A stretch of DNA of 12,161 nucleotides, from positions 1-12,161 of the forward strand of contig JAWOFX010000077.1 of the NCBI GenBank assembly GCA_046497275.1, given 5' to 3'. The notes under the pieces are model-generated. The model ran no database searches and was not told the DNA's origin. It saw only the letters and a list, made by a program, of their open reading frames with translations. This document shows, piece by piece, positions 5,985 to 12,161 of this stretch (position 1 is the stretch's first letter; each line of letters begins with the position of its first letter). A program made the position numbers and the translations under genes. This DNA is from Promethearchaeia archaeon (GTDB lineage: Archaea > Asgardarchaeota > Lokiarchaeia > Sigyniarchaeales > SOKP01).

Positions 5985-7838
5985 TCAACCGGTTCTTTTG
6001 AACAATTTATCCAACTCTTTAAAAGAAAAGAATTTCAAAGTTGGACGCCCATGAGCACAGTGAAAAGGATCATTGCAATGGGCTAACTCAATAATCAATT
6101 TTTGTATTGCTTGCAATGATAAATCATCTCCTCCACGAATACTTCTATGACACGCGAGATAATTAATGATCTCTTCCTTTACTTTTGAAAAACTTTTATC
6201 TTTCCCTATTTCTGTTATATCTGAAATGATATCTTTGATGATTATTGGGTTAATTTCTTTTTGAAACACCGTAGGTATTTCTCTTAAAATAAATGTATTT
6301 CCTCTAAAAGGTTCAAAAGTAAAACCTAATTTTTTAATCTCCTTCAAATTGTCTTCTAAAAATAACTTCTCGCTTGGATTAAGTTCAATTTTTAAAGGAG
6401 ATATTAATCTTTGTTTATGTTTATTAGATTGTTCATATTGCTGAATTAAAAATTCTTTATTAATCCTTTCAGATGCCGCATGTTGATCAAGAATAAAGAA
6501 CCCTTCTTCATTATTTTCATTAATTCCCTCTAAAATAATGTAAATATTATTGCTTAATTGACCAGTAAGAGATATAGGTCTTATTTTTGGGAAATTTTTT
6601 ATATTAATGTATTTCCCTCTAAAATAGCTATCTCCTTTTTGGTTTTTACTATCGAAGATTTGAGTATCTTCAAGATTTAATTGAATAGATGTAAGGTCTT
6701 TTGAGGGAAGTTTATGTTCATTATTAGTTATATCTTCAATTTCTATCAATTCTTCTTCTAAGATAGTTTCATGCTGGTGAAATTCTTTTTGAGAACCAAA
6801 ATCTTGTAAATTTGTAGATAAATATTTGCCCTCGTCTTTAATAAATTTATTTTCAACAAAATCTCTTATAATATTATATACTTTATTATAAACGAATTCT
6901 TCATCTTCAAATCTAACTCTCAATTTTTTTGGATGGATATTAAAATCAATAACAGAAGGATCCAAATCGAGATTTAACACAAAAAATGGATTTCTACCAA
7001 TCATTAAAACTCCTTCATATGCTTCCTTAACAGCATCGAACAATAAGCTGCTCTTAATGAATCTTTTGTTAATGAAAAAGGTGGAATATTGTCTTCCTTT
7101 TTTTGCCGTTTTAGGATGTCCTAAAAATCCCGATAATTTAAACCTATATCCCTTCTCTTCATAATGGATACTTTCACACAATTGAGCTATTTTTTTTCCA
7201 TAAATATGAAAAATTGTCGTTTGTAAATCGTTTTGAAGTGGGCAATTTATCATAGTTAATTCATTATGGGTGTAGATAAAGTGTAAATGCGGATAGGCTA
7301 AAGCATAACGTTGAATTATATCTGTTATATGTCCTAATTCAGTTGAATCTGTTTTGAGAAATTTTTGCCTCGCAGGGGTATTATAAAATAAATTACTTAC
7401 TCTAATATTAGTCCCAACAGGTGCTGATATTTCTCTTTCATTTACAATTTTTCTCCCTTCAATGATTAATTGTTTTCCAAATTTTTCCTCTTCAATTCTT
7501 GAGATTATATCTATTTTACTTACTGCTGCGATGCTTGCTAAAGCTTCTCCACGGAAACCTAACGTTGAAAGGATCTCTAAATCTTCAATACCTCTTATCT
7601 TACTACTCGTATGACTTTCAAAAGCAACACTTAAGTCATCAGAAGGAATTCCTATTCCATTATCGATAACTTGAATAGATACTTTACCTGCTTTTCGGAT
7701 ATTAATCCTTATCTCAGTAGCTTCAGCATCTATACTATTTTCTATTAATTCTTTAACAACGTTTGCCGGTCTCTCGACAACTTCACCCGCTGCTATCTTA
7801 TCAGCATTTTTTATAGGTTTTATTTTCCTTCTGTTCAT
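5985..7838 (-). CDS. mutL: DNA mismatch repair endonuclease MutL
   Basis: 617 aa. GHKL ATPase motifs IAAGEVVERPANVVKELIENSIDA, DNGIGI, TLGFRGEALASI, GTNIRVSNLFYNTPARQKFL. C-terminal endonuclease motifs DQHAASERINKE (6453-6488), ACHRSI and CAHGRP (6042-6059). Confidence 0.97.
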   Translation of the reverse strand: MNRRKIKPIKNADKIAAGEVVERPANVVKELIENSIDAEATEIRINIRKAGKVSIQVIDNGIGIPSDDLSVAFESHTSSKIRGIEDLEILSTLGFRGEALASIAAVSKIDIISRIEEEKFGKQLIIEGRKIVNEREISAPVGTNIRVSNLFYNTPARQKFLKTDSTELGHITDIIQRYALAYPHLHFIYTHNELTMINCPLQNDLQTTIFHIYGKKIAQLCESIHYEEKGYRFKLSGFLGHPKTAKKGRQYSTFFINKRFIKSSLLFDAVKEAYEGVLMIGRNPFFVLNLDLDPSVIDFNIHPKKLRVRFEDEEFVYNKVYNIIRDFVENKFIKDEGKYLSTNLQDFGSQKEFHQHETILEEELIEIEDITNNEHKLPSKDLTSIQLNLEDTQIFDSKNQKGDSYFRGKYINIKNFPKIRPISLTGQLSNNIYIILEGINENNEEGFFILDQHAASERINKEFLIQQYEQSNKHKQRLISPLKIELNPSEKLFLEDNLKEIKKLGFTFEPFRGNTFILREIPTVFQKEINPIIIKDIISDITEIGKDKSFSKVKEEIINYLACHRSIRGGDDLSLQAIQKLIIELAHCNDPFHCAHGRPTLKFFSFKELDKLFKRTG

Positions 7839-7938
7839 GCTGTGTTCAAATTTTTTTGATTTTAAAAAATTAATCTATAGTTAAGGAACTCTAAATGGAT
7901 AATATTTAAATCAAGAGAGGGCTATAAAATTTTATTAT

Positions 7939-8589
7939 TTATGAGGAATTATGATTTCTGGATAGTATAAAAAACCGCCCAGTTGATTTCATATAATTTG
8001 TATACTCTTGAGGAAAGATTTCTAATAGTTCCTTCTCTTCATTACGAGCTTGTATATATAATCCAATCCCTCCAATGATCAACAATCCCAGAAGCAACCA
8101 ATCTTGGATTACAAATAAAAATCCAAAACAGATTAAATAGAATGATAAATAGATTGGATGTCGAATTTTAGAATATACACCTGTCTTTACAAGTTTCCTT
8201 TTCTGAGTTTTTCCATCTATTGGATATTCCCAGTAAACTCCCAATTCTCTATAGGCAATATTCAACGTAATATTTCCACCAGCTATTAAAGTAATTCCAA
8301 TTACTTGAAAAGTTTCGCCCAAGAAAATAAAATTTATTCGGGGAATATATATAATGAATTCCTCGTAGAAAAATATATTAAGACATGCAATGACAATAAA
8401 TATATTCAGTACAATAATTCCAAACTTTCCTATTCTATTGAATCCTTGGGGGTCATTTTTATTGATTTCTCTGTTTTTATCTTCATTAATCTTACTACGT
8501 TTTTTAGTTAAAATTATGAAGGTAATATTATACCCGAAAAATAGGAAACTGAGTATGATGATAACTCGAATTATTGTTGGACTAAACAT
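7939..8589 (-). CDS. Isoprenylcysteine carboxyl methyltransferase (ICMT/PEMT) family membrane methyltransferase
   Basis: 216 aa, multi-TM, with LVKTGVYSKIRHPIY and EEKELLEIFPQEYTNYMKSTGRF family motifs. Confidence 0.88.
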   Translation of the reverse strand: MFSPTIIRVIIILSFLFFGYNITFIILTKKRSKINEDKNREINKNDPQGFNRIGKFGIIVLNIFIVIACLNIFFYEEFIIYIPRINFIFLGETFQVIGITLIAGGNITLNIAYRELGVYWEYPIDGKTQKRKLVKTGVYSKIRHPIYLSFYLICFGFLFVIQDWLLLGLLIIGGIGLYIQARNEEKELLEIFPQEYTNYMKSTGRFFILSRNHNSS

Positions 8590-8786
8590 AAATGATTAAA
8601 CATATTCAAAAATTTATTCTTTATTAATTGGATAAACCAAGTTTAATTTATACTTAATCTATTTTAATTGGGTTAAATAATCCATTTATACCTTTAGAAT
8701 GAGGATTTCTTACAAAAACTAAAAATCTGGAGTGATCCAACAATATTTTCAACTCTCAAATTAAATTATTCCCAAATTTTAATCAT

Positions 8787-8805
8787 AAATAAAAAATAAA
8801 AAAAA
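8787..8805 (-). terminator. Candidate oligo-U terminator downstream of the second hydrolase gene
   Basis: Plus-strand A-run AAATAAAAAATAAAAAAAA gives a long T-tract on the minus strand 17-35 nt after the stop at 8822. The low GC background makes this weak evidence. Confidence 0.4.
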
Positions 8806-8821
8806 GTAATTTTTTTAAATT

Positions 8822-10729
8822 TTATAAAGTTGCTCCTATTACCCCACCAACAGATAAGAACCACACAGTAATGATAGATGCCATTATTGAGCCAAGATAA
8901 ATCCTGCCTGTTTTTCGATAAAAGTACACCATCAAGTAATATAATAATACCGAAAGAGGAAGCAGACTCATTAGTTGTAATGGCATTATAGGATTAAAAC
9001 CTTCTATTAACCATCCAGCAAATGTGTAATTCGATCTAAACAATGGTGGAAGATATTGAACCAGAAAAACTATAAGTAGTCCCGTGAGCATTGCAAAACA
9101 AGCTTTGAGCCACCAGACAATCTGTGTTTTGGCTGGAGAGCCTAATTCTTTTTGGCGAATTTGTCCAAATAAAAATATTCCCCCAACAACCAAGAAAAAC
9201 GGCATAACAATTGGTAAGTAGAGTAGGAAGAGATAAAATCGTTCGAGAGTGAAAGTTTTCATAAATGTCCAGAAAATTCTGAACTCGATATTGAACCATG
9301 TTTGAAAGATGCTCACCAGTAGATACATCCATCCGAATAAAATTCCCGCTACTACAACCGTTTTTCCAAATTTTTGCCAACCTGATCTATCTTTGAGGTT
9401 AGAAACAACTGATTCTTTGCTATATAATACACCTAAATCATATGGTGCTATTCCTCCTCTGTCCATTTTCCAAATCACAAAATACCATATTGAGACCAAA
9501 CCAAAACTAATAGCTGCTGAAATTAGATAGAAACCCAAAAAGTTATTCAACATGCCTAATGCGAATATATCTGGGAAACCCCAAGCTTGATCTGCAGTGG
9601 AAAAGAAGATGTAAATAACTCCTCCGATAGCGGCATTAATAAATGCAAATACCCACCACATCCATTTTTTATCCGTAACAACTCTTTCTGGCATGGGTTG
9701 TGAAACTTCCGCAAAATATTTCAATTGTATCAGTAATTTAAACAGAAATACCATAGAAACAATAGTCATAATTAAGGCTAAGCCACTAAATAATTCGGTA
9801 TAAATGTATGTTTGACCTAAAGCAGCAACTGTTGCCCATGCTTGAGCTTCACTATCTCCTTTCAATGCTTGCAACATCCACGCAACTGATTCTTTTTGAC
9901 AACTTAAATCTGCCGTTAAGCCTGGGTGTGTGCATCCTTTCGCGTAATGTTCTCTGTAGGCATTTCCAAGTGAAAAATCGCCATAGGTGGTATCTACTTG
10001 CCCTGGTGTACCTGGGGCTAAACCAGCATTTATACCAGTAACTATTAATCCTTGTTGATATACTTCATCCACTGTCATATCTTCGGTATAATTTCCTGGC
10101 CCAACAATACTCAGATCAACAGTATACCATTCCTCGTATTCTGCCCATATATGTAAAACATTTCTATGAACAAAGAAATTTTGTAATATTGGTGGAAAAG
10201 TTTGGAAAATAGAAGCATTAGGGGCATATACATCACTGGGAAGAGGACTAAGTTGGAAATAAAATGTAGAAATGTATCCCATTGAATGTCCATAAACTCC
10301 CATACCTCCATCAACAAAAGCTTGCCTTGCTAACCATATATAAGCGGTTTGAGTACCTGCAATCTGGCTACTGGTAGAAAATTCCCCTTCAGAATCTCCA
10401 TGTCCTAACTGGTCGATCGTCAATACAACAAATCCTGCTCGTGCTAATTCTAAAGCAGTACCTCGCTGAACATCCTTATCATTATTATATCCATGTACAC
10501 CAAGAATTCCAGGAGCTGGATTTAAACTATTTACACCTTTAGGTCGATATAATTTACCCACTATTTGGGAACCATCAGTATGTGTTATGGATACTTCTTG
10601 AACATCAATAGTACCAAAGTTTGTCTGAAAACCATAGGCGAGAAGACCGAACACAAAAATTAAAGCAACTACTATAATGAAATAAGTTTTGTTATTTTTA
10701 TATTTATCAAGAGAAACCAAATTTATCAC
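8822..10729 (-). CDS. Membrane-anchored alpha/beta-fold hydrolase with multi-TM C-terminal region
   Basis: 635 aa. N-terminal TM, PGILGVHGY, GFVVLTIDQLGHGDS, nucleophile elbow GHSMG, candidate catalytic His in THPGLT, then many TM helices. The start may instead be TTG at 10720, with AAGTGAT as SD. Confidence 0.85.
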   Translation of the reverse strand: MINLVSLDKYKNNKTYFIIVVALIFVFGLLAYGFQTNFGTIDVQEVSITHTDGSQIVGKLYRPKGVNSLNPAPGILGVHGYNNDKDVQRGTALELARAGFVVLTIDQLGHGDSEGEFSTSSQIAGTQTAYIWLARQAFVDGGMGVYGHSMGYISTFYFQLSPLPSDVYAPNASIFQTFPPILQNFFVHRNVLHIWAEYEEWYTVDLSIVGPGNYTEDMTVDEVYQQGLIVTGINAGLAPGTPGQVDTTYGDFSLGNAYREHYAKGCTHPGLTADLSCQKESVAWMLQALKGDSEAQAWATVAALGQTYIYTELFSGLALIMTIVSMVFLFKLLIQLKYFAEVSQPMPERVVTDKKWMWWVFAFINAAIGGVIYIFFSTADQAWGFPDIFALGMLNNFLGFYLISAAISFGLVSIWYFVIWKMDRGGIAPYDLGVLYSKESVVSNLKDRSGWQKFGKTVVVAGILFGWMYLLVSIFQTWFNIEFRIFWTFMKTFTLERFYLFLLYLPIVMPFFLVVGGIFLFGQIRQKELGSPAKTQIVWWLKACFAMLTGLLIVFLVQYLPPLFRSNYTFAGWLIEGFNPIMPLQLMSLLPLSVLLYYLMVYFYRKTGRIYLGSIMASIITVWFLSVGGVIGATL

Positions 10730-10935
10730 TTTTTTGTATATAGATTTTATTTTTAAATAGACTTAAAATGATTCCAAAATAAAATTTGATTACATACTAT
10801 AAAAAACTTTCTCTGTTGATACATAATCTCAAATCTGTGAATATTACTTACGTAAAATGGCAATTGGGAAGAAAAAAGAAAATATAGAAAACCGAGTCAA
10901 AATAATATTCTTGAGAATTTCTTCCGATATTTCAA

Positions 10936-12161
10936 TTAGTTATTTAACATTTCCTTTATATCAATGAATTTTCTCATAGCTTCTACAGGAGTCAAAGAAT
11001 TAACATCTGTTTCTTGAATGATTTTAATAATTTCCTTGATCTCATCATCAACAATTGGTTCACTTTTTATAAGTGGTTTAAAGAATGTGGTTTGCACAGT
11101 TTTTTTCTTCTCATTTTGTTTATTTGTTTGTGAAGAATAAATCTCCTTTTTGGCATTTAGTTGCTTTATTTCGTGTTCTAAGCTTTCAATTCGTTTTAAC
11201 TTCTTTTTTATTTCTTTTTCCTTTTTATTTAGGCTTTCATCACATCTCTTTAAATCTTCATTTTTGTTATTCAATTGAGTGTTAATCGTTTCAAGTTGTT
11301 TTTCTTTGTTACTTATTAGTTTATCATGAAATTTTCCAGCAGCACTTTTATTGTTATTATTTTTTTCGATAGTTGCTTCGAAAGGATCTTTTTGCTCAAT
11401 TTTTTCCAAAATCTGAAAAGCTTTAATTATTACATCATCAGGCAATCCAGCTAATCTTGCAACATGAATTCCATAGGATTTATCTGTACTACCTGGTTTT
11501 AATTTACGAACGAAATTTATACTTCCATCATCGTTTTCAATTATATCTAAATGATAATTTTGAATACGTGGTAATTCTATTTCTGTTAATTGATGATAAT
11601 GAGTGCTAAATAAAGTCTTAGCTTTTAATTCATGCAATTTTTCTAGAGTTGCGATTGCAATACTTTGACCATCACTCGTACTTGTCCCTCTTCCAAGCTC
11701 ATCAATGATTACTAAACTTTTTGGAGTTGCATAATTTAGAATTTTAGCTGTTTCAGTCATTTCTATCATAAAAGTGGACAATTTTCTAGCTAAATCGTCA
11801 GAGGCGCCTATGCGTGTGAAAATCTGATCGATAATGCCTATATGTGCAGAGGATGCAGGCACAAAACACCCCATTTGAGCAATAAGGCAGATTAAAGCTA
11901 CTTGACGCAAAAAAGTAGATTTTCCTGACATATTTGGCCCCGTAATTATTAAGATTTGCTCTTTTTCAGAGTCAATATAGCAATCATTTGGGATAAATCT
12001 TTCTGTTAAATCCATTTGCTCAACAACGGGGTGTCTTCCATCTTTGATAATGATTTTATCGCTGTTTTTTTCCATAATAGGTCGACAATAATTGAAATTC
12101 TCAGAAATTTCTGCAAAACAAGCATATACATCTATAAAAGCTATATTATTTGCAGTTTCTA
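10936..12161 (-). CDS. mutS: DNA mismatch repair protein MutS (MutS1 type), 5'-partial
   Basis: The frame is open to the window edge (ETANNIAFIDVYACFAEISENFNYCRPI precedes the listed Met). Motifs GRHPVVE, Walker A GPNMSGKSTFLRQ, FTRIGASDDL, STFMIEM, DELGRGTST, SYGIHVARLAGLP and the C-terminal DVNSLTPVEAM. Confidence 0.97.
   Translation of the reverse strand, partial: ETANNIAFIDVYACFAEISENFNYCRPIMEKNSDKIIIKDGRHPVVEQMDLTERFIPNDCYIDSEKEQILIITGPNMSGKSTFLRQVALICLIAQMGCFVPASSAHIGIIDQIFTRIGASDDLARKLSTFMIEMTETAKILNYATPKSLVIIDELGRGTSTSDGQSIAIATLEKLHELKAKTLFSTHYHQLTEIELPRIQNYHLDIIENDDGSINFVRKLKPGSTDKSYGIHVARLAGLPDDVIIKAFQILEKIEQKDPFEATIEKNNNNKSAAGKFHDKLISNKEKQLETINTQLNNKNEDLKRCDESLNKKEKEIKKKLKRIESLEHEIKQLNAKKEIYSSQTNKQNEKKKTVQTTFFKPLIKSEPIVDDEIKEIIKIIQETDVNSLTPVEAMRKFIDIKEMLNN

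Noticed and set aside
8305-8599. 68-aa and 69-aa plus-strand ORFs
   Set aside because: Antisense shadows of the ICMT-family gene.
8590-8786. Possible small gene or ncRNA in the gap between the hydrolase and ICMT genes, and likewise in 10730-10935
   Set aside because: Only very short ORFs and no GC-rich stem structure were found by eye.
9036-10317. Four short ORFs (9036-9380 -, 9309-9530 +, 9808-10041 +, 10111-10317 -)
   Set aside because: All nested within or antisense to the 635-aa hydrolase gene, with no motifs.
11085-11285. 66-aa hydrophobic plus-strand ORF
   Set aside because: Antisense artefact of the A-rich Lys/Glu codons of the MutS coiled coil.
12073-12075. ATG at 12075 as the mutS start
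   Set aside because: The frame stays open and MutS-like to the window edge; the gene starts outside the window.

Overview
AT-rich archaeal chromosomal window. EF-1beta, an HVO_2753/DUF1610 zinc finger and SD-led genes indicate an archaeon. Low GC, bacterial-type MutS1/MutL and the style of the hypothetical proteins suggest Asgard/Lokiarchaeia, which is inference. Contents: iorB (5'-partial), an M23/LytM-like protein, a membrane protein, two membrane-anchored alpha/beta hydrolases, a Cys/His + winged-helix protein, DUF1610 zinc finger + EF-1beta, mutL, an ICMT-family methyltransferase and the 3' part of mutS. The main observation is that iorB is split by a 31-nt AT-rich insert (93-123) carrying an in-frame stop and a frameshift. 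The insert folds with its flanks into a bulge-helix-bulge (BHB) motif, the substrate of the archaeal tRNA-splicing endonuclease. Cleavage at the canonical BHB positions restores the conserved motif GSE|MHGLAQR, so this is a candidate intron in a metabolic protein-coding gene. Two small Cys-rich genes missing from the ORF track were also found (5101-5271 + and 5700-5840 -). No mobile elements, CRISPR arrays, rRNA or tRNA genes were seen.
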